64,000 nt of DNA from Candidatus Methanomethylicia archaeon (GTDB lineage Archaea > Thermoproteota > Methanomethylicia > Culexarchaeales > Culexarchaeaceae). Numbering within the stretch: the stretch's first letter is position 1; every line of letters starts with the position of its first letter. Location: NCBI GenBank assembly GCA_038727515.1, contig JAVYVS010000004.1, positions 32,001 to 96,000 of the forward strand. The letters run 5' to 3'. The notes beneath the pieces were generated by a model, which did no database searches, was not told where the DNA came from, and saw nothing but the letters and a program-made list of their open reading frames with translations. This document shows, piece after piece, positions 36,194 through 45,636 of the stretch. Both the position numbers and the translations under genes were made by a program.

Positions 36194-37582
36194 TCATAGA
36201 CTTCTAATTTTGTGTAGTCTATTTCTCTCCATGTATAAATCTATTTTACCATCTCTTGTAATTGTGAATTCCACTGGTTGTCTAACTCCATTAGACCATA
36301 TATAGAATCTTAAATCCTCTAAATTATCATTTTCCGGTATTAATGGCATTGAAACATCTATGAATTCATCTTTTTGCTCTATATATAGCATTCCACCCTT
36401 ATTAACTACGTTTACCCTTATTACTCCCCCATACCCCTCATATACTCCAGTTAACATATCTAGATTCTTCTGTATCTTTAATGCTGGCACTTCATTTATG
36501 CTTCTCCCCATAATTAATGCTAGAATTGTATGTGCAATTGTTGTATGTGGGAATCCTGTTGTATTTGAAGCCATTACTATTCCAATCTTTTCCATTGGTA
36601 TGAATGCTACATATGCTGTTGAACATCCAGTTGATCCACTATGCGCCACCAATTTTCTTTCAAAGAAGTCTTCTATTATACCCCATCCATAACCATATCC
36701 TTCTCTACCATAATATGTCCTCGGCCTCTCTATGTGTATCTTCTGCATTTCCATTATGTTCTCTGGTTTTGCCAATTCTATATCTCCAAATCTTCCATTA
36801 TTCATTGAAGCTATTATGTATCTTGAGAATCCCATAACTGAACTTATCAATCCACCTGCAGCATGAATTAATTTGTCAAAGGGCATTCTAACTTTTATTG
36901 GTTTTCCATCTCTACTCTTCCAGTATGGTGTTATCTTATCTGGGTCTTTCTCAAAATCTTCCTTTAAAAATGTACTTCTATCCATTTTTAATGGTGTTAA
37001 TATGTTCCTCTTAATATATTCATGGTATTCCATTCCACTCAACTTCTCAATTATATCTCCAAGTATAGTGTATCCAGCGTTTAAATAGAAGTATCTTTCA
37101 CCTGGATCTGCAACTACTTCTTCTTGAGCATTATTTATGAATCTATAGAAATCCTCCATACTACTCATAGGTATAAATATATCCTTTATTCCAGTTGCCC
37201 TCCTCAAACTTATTACTGCTGTGTTTAACGATGGTACTCCAGATGAATGTGAAAGTAAATGCTTTATCCTTATAGGTTTATCTGGTCTTCCAATTTTTAT
37301 TGGAGCATACTTATTCACTGGATCTTCTAAATCTATCTTCCCCTTCTCCATCAACTGTATTATTGCAAGTGCAGTCATAGATTTTGTACATGATCCAAAT
37401 CCATATAATGTATTTATTGTTGCAGGTTTATTTTCTTCTATATCCCTTGAACCAAAGGCATCTGCATATATAACTTCTTCTCCCTTAACTATTGCTATAC
37501 TTAATCCCGGTGTTTTCGTTTTCTCCATTATTACTGGTATTTCTTTATCTATATACTCCCTTATTCTCTCTATCTTATTCAT
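36194..37582 (-). CDS. Serine hydrolase, beta-lactamase/PBP-like family S12 (Pab87/AmiE-like)
   Basis: PGLSIAIV; SxxK = GSCTK; LLSHSSG; YxN = YLN; AAGGL; HSG; extra C-terminal beta domain; no signal peptide. Confidence 0.9.
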   Translation of the reverse strand: MNKIERIREYIDKEIPVIMEKTKTPGLSIAIVKGEEVIYADAFGSRDIEENKPATINTLYGFGSCTKSMTALAIIQLMEKGKIDLEDPVNKYAPIKIGRPDKPIRIKHLLSHSSGVPSLNTAVISLRRATGIKDIFIPMSSMEDFYRFINNAQEEVVADPGERYFYLNAGYTILGDIIEKLSGMEYHEYIKRNILTPLKMDRSTFLKEDFEKDPDKITPYWKSRDGKPIKVRMPFDKLIHAAGGLISSVMGFSRYIIASMNNGRFGDIELAKPENIMEMQKIHIERPRTYYGREGYGYGWGIIEDFFERKLVAHSGSTGCSTAYVAFIPMEKIGIVMASNTTGFPHTTIAHTILALIMGRSINEVPALKIQKNLDMLTGVYEGYGGVIRVNVVNKGGMLYIEQKDEFIDVSMPLIPENDNLEDLRFYIWSNGVRQPVEFTITRDGKIDLYMERNRLHKIRSL

Positions 37583-37665
37583 GTTATAGGTTGTATTTAC
37601 ACCATTATATTTTGTTTTTGATTTGGAAATCCTTTTAAACTATATTTATACATGTAAATATTGGG

Positions 37666-38889
37666 ATGCCCATGCCAATAGACTATTACACTGCTTGTAT
37701 ACCATATAGTTTAACGAATCTTGCTTCGCAAATATCTTCTCCAACGCTTATCCGTATAGACATAAACATACCTGTTGTAGATGGAAGGATAATGGAGGAT
37801 AATATGAGGATAATTGCATATGCACATATACTTGAGCTTTTATCTGAGTATGCTGGTCTTGTTGTTGTAGCACATCAAGGAAGACCTGGAGATGAAGATT
37901 TTATTCCATTAAAACAACATTGGATTACTTTAAGAAGGCTTTTACCATCAAAGATTGATATAGAATTTATCCCTAAGGAGAAGGTTTTTACTGAAGAGAC
38001 TAGGGAGAGGATTAAGAATCTTAGGGAACGTGAAATACTTTTGCTAGATAATATTAGGATGTTTGAAGAAGAACAAAAGTGGAATCCTGAGAAATCTCAA
38101 TTTCTAAAATTCTTTAAGGGTATTATTAAAAGCTGTGTTAATGATGCTATACCAGTTTGGCATAGGGCTCATACAAGTGTTATGGCGCTCCCATATATTG
38201 CTAAAACTTGGGTTGGTTTGAGATCTATGTATGAATTAAAGGCTTTAAGTGAAGTTATGCGTTGCGCCAATGATTGCGCCATTATTATGGGTGGAGCTAA
38301 ACTTCAGAAAATTCAATATTTAACGGCTATATTATCTAAGATGGAAGGTTTTACTGGAGGGCTTCCAGGGCAACTTATTGCTAGAGTTAAAGGTTATGAT
38401 CTAGGTCCTAGAAACAACTCATTTTTAGAAGCTAAAATGTCTAAGGAGGATTTTGAAGCTGCAAAGATTTTAGCTGAAAAATTTAATGTTGCTCATCCAG
38501 TGGATTTTGTTGTTTTAGATAATGGTGAAATCAAAGAGGTTGCTTTAAAGGATATGGCGAATTGTAATGGGATTATAATGGATATTGGAAGTGAAACAGT
38601 TGAGGTATATGCTAGGAAGCTTCAAGAGAAGATTTATAGAATTAGAGCCGGCCCACTTGGAGTTTATGAAAAGGGGTTCTCCAATGGTATTGAATTAACT
38701 AAGCTTATTGCAGGTTTAGGACTTATATTTCTTGGTGGTGATACTACTGCTGAAATTGTTAAGTATGGTTTAGATAGGATTATATTGAGTACTGGTGGAA
38801 TGCTTTGTATTAGTGGTGGAGCATTTATACATGGATTAGCTGGTGAAAATTATCCTTCCGTAGATCTTATTTTAAAGCAAAATAAATAA
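37666..38889 (+). CDS. pgk: Phosphoglycerate kinase (divergent)
   Basis: RIDINIP; HQGRPG; LLDNIR; NDA...HRAHTS; GGAK; MDIG; GPLGVYE; GGDT. Confidence 0.8.
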   Translation: MPMPIDYYTACIPYSLTNLASQISSPTLIRIDINIPVVDGRIMEDNMRIIAYAHILELLSEYAGLVVVAHQGRPGDEDFIPLKQHWITLRRLLPSKIDIEFIPKEKVFTEETRERIKNLREREILLLDNIRMFEEEQKWNPEKSQFLKFFKGIIKSCVNDAIPVWHRAHTSVMALPYIAKTWVGLRSMYELKALSEVMRCANDCAIIMGGAKLQKIQYLTAILSKMEGFTGGLPGQLIARVKGYDLGPRNNSFLEAKMSKEDFEAAKILAEKFNVAHPVDFVVLDNGEIKEVALKDMANCNGIIMDIGSETVEVYARKLQEKIYRIRAGPLGVYEKGFSNGIELTKLIAGLGLIFLGGDTTAEIVKYGLDRIILSTGGMLCISGGAFIHGLAGENYPSVDLILKQNK

Positions 38890-38904
38890 AAATTAAATTT
38901 TTAT

Positions 38905-40434
38905 TTATATTCCCTCTTTAAATCTCCTATACGTATTGTAATCCACATATATTAGGTATGGATTACTACTCTGCCATTCAATATTGAATTTTTCAAGTCT
39001 TTTACGTTTCTCCAATATTTTTGGGGTTACTGTTATTAGATAGGCATCGCTTCCAGCTCCAGAACCGAAGCTTGTTAGAAGTATCTTCTCATATGGTTTC
39101 GCTATTTCTAGTACTGCTGCAAGTCCAGCTGGACTTGATCCTGAATATAGATTTCCAAATTTTGTCACCTTTAGTGATGGTAGACATTGTTCATCTTTAA
39201 ATCCAAGTCTTCTAGCAGCTCTAATTGGGAATTTAGCATTTGGTTGATGTGGTACAAAGTAGTTTATGTCTTTTGCTGTTAAATTCATCTTATCCATTAG
39301 TTTCTTTGCAGCTTTTATTATATGTTTGAAGTATGCTGGTTCCCCTGTGAATCTTCCTCCATGAAGTGGATATCTTTGTCCATCTCTCCTCCAAAAGTCT
39401 GGTGTATCTGATGTTGATGAATACCATCCCTCTATTTCTGCTATTACATCCATATTTCCAATTATGTATGCTGCTGCACCATATCCAACAAAGTAGTCTA
39501 ATTCTCCTCCAGGCTGCCCTCTTGGCGCTGCTTGTGAATTATCTGTTCCTATAACCATTGTGAAGTATTCTTCTCCTTTTTCAGCCATGTATTTTGATAA
39601 TGCAATTGCATCTTTAAACATGCTTGTAGCTGCTTTACATGCAAATTCAGTGTCTATGGCATCTATCCCTTTAACTCCATCTCCAAGATCTTCCCCTAAA
39701 TCTAATACTTGAGCTACCTTTGATGCTATTGGTTTTACTGAATATGGATTTGATTCTGTTCCAACATATATCTTCTTTATCTTTTCACCATGTAATGCTG
39801 ATTGTATTAATGCTAGTTTTCCAGCTTCTACAGCTGCTGTTATTGAATCTTCATCTATAAATGGAACTGATCTCTCCATATCTCCCTCTCTTATTCTGAA
39901 TCTTGATGTGTATATTGCATATCCAACTATTCCAGGTTTCTCTGATATTTCCTTTGGTTCTTTTGTTTCATATGGTATGTATGGGTAGTATTCATCTGCA
40001 AATGTGAAGGTTAATGATGTTGTGGGAATTATTTCTTGTGGTTCTGATGCATATCTCCTCCTAAATCTAAAGACTACTTTTCTACCTTCATAAATTTCTG
40101 GTTTGAATTCATCTCCACTATTTAATATGTGGTCTGTAAGTCTTGCTGGAACCTTTATATCCCCTTCTTTAAGTGTTACTATTCCATAAATGTATGGTTG
40201 TAGTGGTTTGAATCTATTTGTAGCTTCATTTATTATTGTGCATACCTCTAGTATTCCCTCACTGTATATGTAGCTTGTTTCCATCATTTTCCCAATACTT
40301 TTCCTACCACATTTAGTACAGTAGTATCTTGGTTTAAAGTATCTCTTTCCACATATTGGACATATGCTTCCACGTAATCTATCTGATATATAGCTTACCC
40401 TTCTTTCAATTGGTTCTGAACTCATTTTATCCAC
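38905..40434 (-). CDS. DUF35 (Zn-ribbon/OB-fold) - HMG-CoA synthase fusion
   Basis: N-terminal CPICG...YFKPRYYCTKCG plus OB fold; HMGCS motifs GTESNPY, EFACKA, DTPDFWRR, GGRFTGEPAYF, HQPN, GNLYS, SFGSGAGSD. Confidence 0.92.
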   Translation of the reverse strand: MDKMSSEPIERRVSYISDRLRGSICPICGKRYFKPRYYCTKCGRKSIGKMMETSYIYSEGILEVCTIINEATNRFKPLQPYIYGIVTLKEGDIKVPARLTDHILNSGDEFKPEIYEGRKVVFRFRRRYASEPQEIIPTTSLTFTFADEYYPYIPYETKEPKEISEKPGIVGYAIYTSRFRIREGDMERSVPFIDEDSITAAVEAGKLALIQSALHGEKIKKIYVGTESNPYSVKPIASKVAQVLDLGEDLGDGVKGIDAIDTEFACKAATSMFKDAIALSKYMAEKGEEYFTMVIGTDNSQAAPRGQPGGELDYFVGYGAAAYIIGNMDVIAEIEGWYSSTSDTPDFWRRDGQRYPLHGGRFTGEPAYFKHIIKAAKKLMDKMNLTAKDINYFVPHQPNAKFPIRAARRLGFKDEQCLPSLKVTKFGNLYSGSSPAGLAAVLEIAKPYEKILLTSFGSGAGSDAYLITVTPKILEKRKRLEKFNIEWQSSNPYLIYVDYNTYRRFKEGI

Positions 40435-41621
40435 CTCCTAAAGATACATACATATGTTTTTGTTCCAAATCCTTCATGTTCCATGGTTAGAGCATAAGCA
40501 TTTTCATATATTGGGATTTGTCTATCTCCTGCTTCACCCATCATTTGCATACATACCTCACATACTTGTGCTCCACCAGTAGCTCCATATGGATTTCCAT
40601 CAGCTTTTAATCCCCCATTTGTATTTACGTATACTTCTCCATTCATTGTTCTATACGTATACTTCTTTTCCTCTATACTATTCATTATCATCTTCCATGC
40701 ATTTCCAGGTTTAGATAAACCTATATCTTCAAGTGCTATTAACTCCATTACTGTGGATTGATCATATAATTCCATTAATTTTATATCTTCAATATTCACT
40801 TTTGCTTCTTTTAATGCTTTTTCCATTGCTATCTTTGTGGATTTAAATCCAATAAGAGTTTCTCTAGTTGTATATGATAAGTGGTCTGTAGCGCATCCTC
40901 TGCCTACTATAGTTAAACCCTTTTCCAATCCAATTTCTCTAGCTTTTTCCTCCTTTGCTATTATTATTGCTGCTGCTCCATCTGATATTGGTGCATAATC
41001 ATATAATCCAAGTATTCCACCCCTTCTAGCTTTAATAACTGTTTCTATATCCACCTTTGACCTATAGAATTGTGCATATGGATTTCTAGATCCAAATTCA
41101 TGATTTTTATGTGAAATATATGCTAATGCTCTCATTAGTTTCTCTACATTTTCTCCATTGATTCCATATGTCTTTATGTATTCTCTTAACATAAGTTCAT
41201 GATGGGCCTCCATAGTTCCTCCAGCATAGTAACTCCATGAATCTGCTAACATCATTATATCATCGCCAATTTTATCCAATCTATCAGTCATCTTTTCCAC
41301 TCCACCTACAAGTACTATGTCGTATCTACCTGCTTCTATGGCGTTACATGCATGATTTATAGCTGAACTAAATGATCTTGCAGTTTCCATTGGTATATGT
41401 ACATCTAATATTTCCGATATGAATCCCTCTTCTAATCCTATTTTATTTGTTAATTGTAGGAAATGATTTGATACTATAACTGCATCTAAATCTTTCCTCT
41501 CTATCCCAGCTTTTTCTAAAGCTTTTAACCCTGCTTGTTCAATTAATTCTTCAGGGTCTTTTTCATAATGTTCTCCGAAGGGGGTTCTTCCATAGCCTAT
41601 TATTAATGGTTTGTTCGACAA
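40422..41621 (-). CDS. Thiolase-family protein with substituted catalytic residues
   Basis: GRTPFGEH; GGVEKM; PISDGAAA; NTNGGLKADGNPYGATGGAQ. The expected EAAC, HDCF and GHP motifs read ETAR, YDQS and GNP. Confidence 0.88.
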   Translation of the reverse strand: MSNKPLIIGYGRTPFGEHYEKDPEELIEQAGLKALEKAGIERKDLDAVIVSNHFLQLTNKIGLEEGFISEILDVHIPMETARSFSSAINHACNAIEAGRYDIVLVGGVEKMTDRLDKIGDDIMMLADSWSYYAGGTMEAHHELMLREYIKTYGINGENVEKLMRALAYISHKNHEFGSRNPYAQFYRSKVDIETVIKARRGGILGLYDYAPISDGAAAIIIAKEEKAREIGLEKGLTIVGRGCATDHLSYTTRETLIGFKSTKIAMEKALKEAKVNIEDIKLMELYDQSTVMELIALEDIGLSKPGNAWKMIMNSIEEKKYTYRTMNGEVYVNTNGGLKADGNPYGATGGAQVCEVCMQMMGEAGDRQIPIYENAYALTMEHEGFGTKTYVCIFRRWIK

Positions 41622-41695
41622 CTGTCGTTCACCTTTACGATGATTGTCGAATTAATATTATTATGTATTAGAGTTTAAAAAGGTATGGGTTACTT

Positions 41696-42583
41696 ATGAC
41701 TTCCTTTAGGAGTATTGCTGAGTGTAGAGGGTTTGTGGTTAAGATTCCATTTAATTGTTGGTTTAGTTTCTTCAATAGTCCTTATCCAGCACATAAATCA
41801 TCTACTGCTTTAGATGTATATTATCCTGAGGGGGAGGGTTTAATGCCATTGGATGAAGGTTTAATTTTAGAAGTTGAGAAATTTGAGTGTCCAGTTAAAC
41901 GTTTTGATGCTTCAAATTTTGATTATTTAATATTAATTAGATGTTCAGAAGATGTGGTTTTAAAGATATTACATGTTAAACCTAGTGTTAAACCTAGTGA
42001 GAAAGTATTTCTTGGTGATCCTTTAGGTAGAATTATTATTTCTGGTTTTTTATCGCCATGGTCTGATATACATATGCATTTAGAATTTAGGGATATTAGA
42101 GATCCATATAGAGCTTTAGGAGCCTTTAAATTGGATATTTCAAAGACCATTGATATGTTACCTAAACCTGAGAATATTTCAAACATTTTTATTGTAGATG
42201 AGGTTTTTGATTACTATGTTCTATTAAAACCCCTTGACTACATGAATTTTCAATGTGGTTTAACTGTTAAAGTCGATGGTGAATATTTTTGGGTTGATGG
42301 TGGAATACCACATTATGGTTATGGTTCAATACTTGGGTTTAATGGTTTTGGGGATGTTAAATATGTTAATGATGAATGTATAGGCTCAATATATTTCCAT
42401 GATAATTGTTATTCTTTATTTAAACCTTCATGTAATGTTTTCTTGAATGGTTTTAAGGTTAAGGGTGTTGGAAGCTATATTGGTCTACCTAAATTAAAGT
42501 TGATCTTGTTAAAGGAAGAACATAACCTTAAGATTGGAGATATAGTTCACTTAAACTTCAACTTCCCTATAACAAAACTTTAA
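41696..42583 (+). CDS. Hypothetical protein with M23/LytM-like Zn-peptidase motifs
   Basis: H-x6-D (HKSSTALD); LHVKPSVKPSEKVFLGDPLG; HxH = HMHLEFR. Confidence 0.6.
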   Translation: MTSFRSIAECRGFVVKIPFNCWFSFFNSPYPAHKSSTALDVYYPEGEGLMPLDEGLILEVEKFECPVKRFDASNFDYLILIRCSEDVVLKILHVKPSVKPSEKVFLGDPLGRIIISGFLSPWSDIHMHLEFRDIRDPYRALGAFKLDISKTIDMLPKPENISNIFIVDEVFDYYVLLKPLDYMNFQCGLTVKVDGEYFWVDGGIPHYGYGSILGFNGFGDVKYVNDECIGSIYFHDNCYSLFKPSCNVFLNGFKVKGVGSYIGLPKLKLILLKEEHNLKIGDIVHLNFNFPITKL

Positions 42584-42615
42584 TTATACATTTTGATATT
42601 TAAGTTGGTGAGATT

Positions 42616-43662
42616 TTGACTGAAATGTATGCTGTAGTTAAAGATAAACCTGAATATGGTGCAACCTTTAAACGTGTTCCAATACCCTCAATAGGTTATG
42701 GTGAAGTTCTAATTAAGGTGAAGGCAACATCTATTTGTGGAACTGATCTACACATATATCGTTGGGATTCATGGGCTCAATCTAGAATTAAGATTCCAAG
42801 GATTATGGGTCATGAATTGACTGGTGAAGTTGTAACTGTTGGTGAAGGTGTTAAATCTGTTAATGTTGGAGATTACGTTTCAGCTGAAACACATATTGTT
42901 TGTAATAGTTGTTTTCAATGTAGAACTGGTATGAAACATGTTTGTCAGAATACTAAGATTCTAGGTGTTGATACTGATGGTGCATTTGCAGAATATATTG
43001 CTGTTCCAGCTGAGAATATCTGGAAAAATCCACCAGATCTACCAATAGAATATGCTTCTATTCAAGAGCCTTTAGGTAATGCTGTAGATACTGTTTTAGC
43101 TGAAGGTTATGAGGGTGTTGAGGGTAAGAGTGTTGTGGTTTTTGGTGATGGTCCTATTGGAATTATGTGTGTTGGTGTTGCTAGAGTTTTTGGAGCTTCT
43201 AAAATTATCATATTTGGGCATAGTGATTATAGATTGAATATTGCTAGGAAGCTTGGTTGTGATTTAGCTATAAATTCTAGGGGTATTGATACTGTTAAAA
43301 CAGTTATGGAATATACTGGTGGTCAAGGTGTAGATGTGGTTCTAGAGGTTTCAGGTAATCCTCAAGCTTTACGTGAATCTCTTAAAATGATTAAACCTGG
43401 AGGTAGAATATCTATATTGAGTATTTATGGTGGAGATGTATCTCTAGATGTTAATAATGGTATAGTATTTAAAGCTGCGAGAGTTTATGGTGTTACTGGT
43501 AGAAGGATTTGGAATACATGGTACATAGTTTCAGAGATTATTAATAGTGGGAGGCTAGATTTATCTCCAATAGTAACACATAAATTGAAATTAAGTGAGT
43601 ATGCTGAGGGTATGAAGGCTATGGAAGAACGTAAATGTGGTAAAGTGGTGATGTTCCCATAG
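42616..43662 (+). CDS. tdh: L-threonine 3-dehydrogenase
   Basis: SICGTDLHIYRWDSWA; GHE; VSAETHIVC; QEPLGNAVDT; GVTGRR; CGKVV. Confidence 0.95.
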   Translation: MTEMYAVVKDKPEYGATFKRVPIPSIGYGEVLIKVKATSICGTDLHIYRWDSWAQSRIKIPRIMGHELTGEVVTVGEGVKSVNVGDYVSAETHIVCNSCFQCRTGMKHVCQNTKILGVDTDGAFAEYIAVPAENIWKNPPDLPIEYASIQEPLGNAVDTVLAEGYEGVEGKSVVVFGDGPIGIMCVGVARVFGASKIIIFGHSDYRLNIARKLGCDLAINSRGIDTVKTVMEYTGGQGVDVVLEVSGNPQALRESLKMIKPGGRISILSIYGGDVSLDVNNGIVFKAARVYGVTGRRIWNTWYIVSEIINSGRLDLSPIVTHKLKLSEYAEGMKAMEERKCGKVVMFP

Positions 43663-43712
43663 TTGAAGTGAAAATTATATGTACATTTTTAGATATATTT
43701 GTGGTGGATTAG

Positions 43713-44895
43713 TATGAGTAGGCTGTCATATCTTAAAGCTGAATTGGAGAATTTAAAATCTCAAGGATTGTTTTTTGTTGAAAGAATTAGAGCTGGTGCT
43801 CCAGATAATAGGGTTAGGATTGGCGGTAAAGAGTATATATTGATGTGCTCAAATAATTATCTTGGGTTAGCTAATCATCCCAAGATTAAAGAGGCAGCTA
43901 TTAGGGCTATAGAAGAATATGGTGTTGGTGCTGGTGCTGTAAGGCCTATATCTGGAACTACAGATCTACATATTGAAGCTGAAGAGAAAATTGCAAAGTT
44001 TAAGCATAGAGAGGCTGCAATTCTATTTCAATCTGGATATGTAGCTAATGTTGGTTCTATTTCTGCATTAGTTGGCGATGAAGATGCAGTAATTAGTGAA
44101 GAACTTAATCATGGTAGTATAATTGATGGTATTAGATTAACTAAGGCTAAGAGACTCATATATAAGCATATTGATATGGTTGATTTAGAAGCTAAATTGA
44201 AGGAAGCTAAAGATTCTAGAAGGAGGTTTATTATCACTGATGGAGTATTTAGTATGGATGGTGATATTGCACCTCTCGATGTAATTGCTGATTTAGCAGA
44301 TAAATATGATGCAATCGTATATGTTGATGATGCCCATGGAGAAGGTGTTCTAGGTGATCATGGTAGAGGTATAGTGGATCACTTTAAACTTCACGATAGA
44401 ATTGATATTGAAATGGGTACTTTATCTAAAGCTTTTGGTGTTATAGGTGGTTATATTGCTAGTTCAAAGGAAGTTGTAGAATATTTAAAGCAGAGAGCTA
44501 GACCACATCTACTTAGTAGTGCAATAAATCCACCTGATGTTGCTGCAATAATAGCTGCCATAGACCTACTTTCATCTACCGATGAACCTTTAAAGAAGCT
44601 TTGGAATAATGCTAGATTCTTCCAGAAATCTCTTGTGGATAGAGGGTTTGATATTGGTAATACTAAGACTCCAATAACTCCAGTTATGATTAGAGATGAG
44701 AAGAAGACTCAAGAGCTTGTTAAAACCCTATTTGATGATTACTATATATTTGTTCAAGCAGTTGTTTACCCATGGGTTCCAAGGGGTACTGCTAGAATTA
44801 GATTTCAACCTAATGCCACCCATAGTCTAGATGATTTAAAGTATGTTATAGACTCCCTCACTGAAGCTGCAAAGAAACTTAAAATTTTATCTTAG
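43713..44895 (+). CDS. kbl: 2-amino-3-ketobutyrate CoA ligase (glycine C-acetyltransferase)
   Basis: SNNYLGLA; ELNHGSIIDG; TDGVFSMDG; VDDAHG; GTLSKA; directly follows tdh. Start at MSRLSY, approximately 43713-43714; the ORF track is open from 43699. Confidence 0.92.
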
Positions 44896-45047
44896 GATTT
44901 TCCAATAAATCTTTCTTCCACAATCCTTCCACATCTAATACATATTTTTCTTTCTATTTTGAATCCATTTTTATCTTCAATTTTAACTTTAACCTTTACA
45001 AATTCATTACAGTATGAGCAATATGCTTCTTCTCTAAATATCCCCAC
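44892..45047 (-). CDS. Small Zn-ribbon protein (51 aa; not in ORF track)
   Basis: GTG start: (M)GIFREEAYCSYCNEFVKVKVKIEDKNGFKIERKICIRCGRIVEERFIGKS*, with two CxxC pairs; fills the gap at the end of the minus-strand operon. Confidence 0.7.
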   Translation of the reverse strand: MGIFREEAYCSYCNEFVKVKVKIEDKNGFKIERKICIRCGRIVEERFIGKS

Positions 45048-45058
45048 AATCTTTTCTA

Positions 45059-45433
45059 TTATTTTCTTCGTATACCTTCAACCTCCATTACCAACCTAAT
45101 TAAACTTGGTTTTTTACGATATATTTCTCTAGCGGTTATAGTATTTGATGCTGGACATTCATCATCGACACTTACATATCCTCCTTCAACGTATACCACT
45201 GGATATATTTTACATCCAATCGGTCTATCCCTATATATTTTACATTTCATCTTTTCCTTATCTAAGAAGTAACAGTATCCACCTATATTTCTTAAAATAT
45301 GTTTTCCATTTATTTTTACCGTGAATTCATCTCTTCTATACCCTAAGTTTTCTATTCTCATTATGTCTCTTCTGGATAGTGGCATTTGAGTTTCCATACA
45401 GCATTTTCCACATTTAAGACATTTGAATACCAT
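45059..45433 (-). CDS. YkgJ family CxxCxxCC Zn/Fe-chelating protein
   Basis: CLKCGKCC; CYFL; CKIYRDRPIGCKIYP. Confidence 0.9.
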   Translation of the reverse strand: MVFKCLKCGKCCMETQMPLSRRDIMRIENLGYRRDEFTVKINGKHILRNIGGYCYFLDKEKMKCKIYRDRPIGCKIYPVVYVEGGYVSVDDECPASNTITAREIYRKKPSLIRLVMEVEGIRRK

Positions 45434-45442
45434 AATTATTCT

Positions 45443-45634
45443 CTAGAGGATTATTTCTATTGCATTTTTAGGACATTGTATTTCACATGCTCTACATCCT
45501 AAACATAATTCTATTTTTACTGGTTTTACATATCCATTTTCTAATTCATACACTTCTACTGGACATATTTGTATACAGTTTTCACATTTTATACATTTTT
45601 CATATTCTATTTTTATCTTCACCATAATCCCCAC
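45443..45634 (-). CDS. 2x[4Fe-4S] ferredoxin
   Basis: CIKCENCIQICP and CLGCRACEIQCP. Confidence 0.92.
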   Translation of the reverse strand: MGIMVKIKIEYEKCIKCENCIQICPVEVYELENGYVKPVKIELCLGCRACEIQCPKNAIEIIL

Positions 45635-45636
45635 CC

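Noticed and set aside
36194-37582. Antibiotic-resistance beta-lactamase
   Set aside because: Archaea lack the beta-lactam target; the protein is cytoplasmic with a C-terminal extension typical of S12 peptidases
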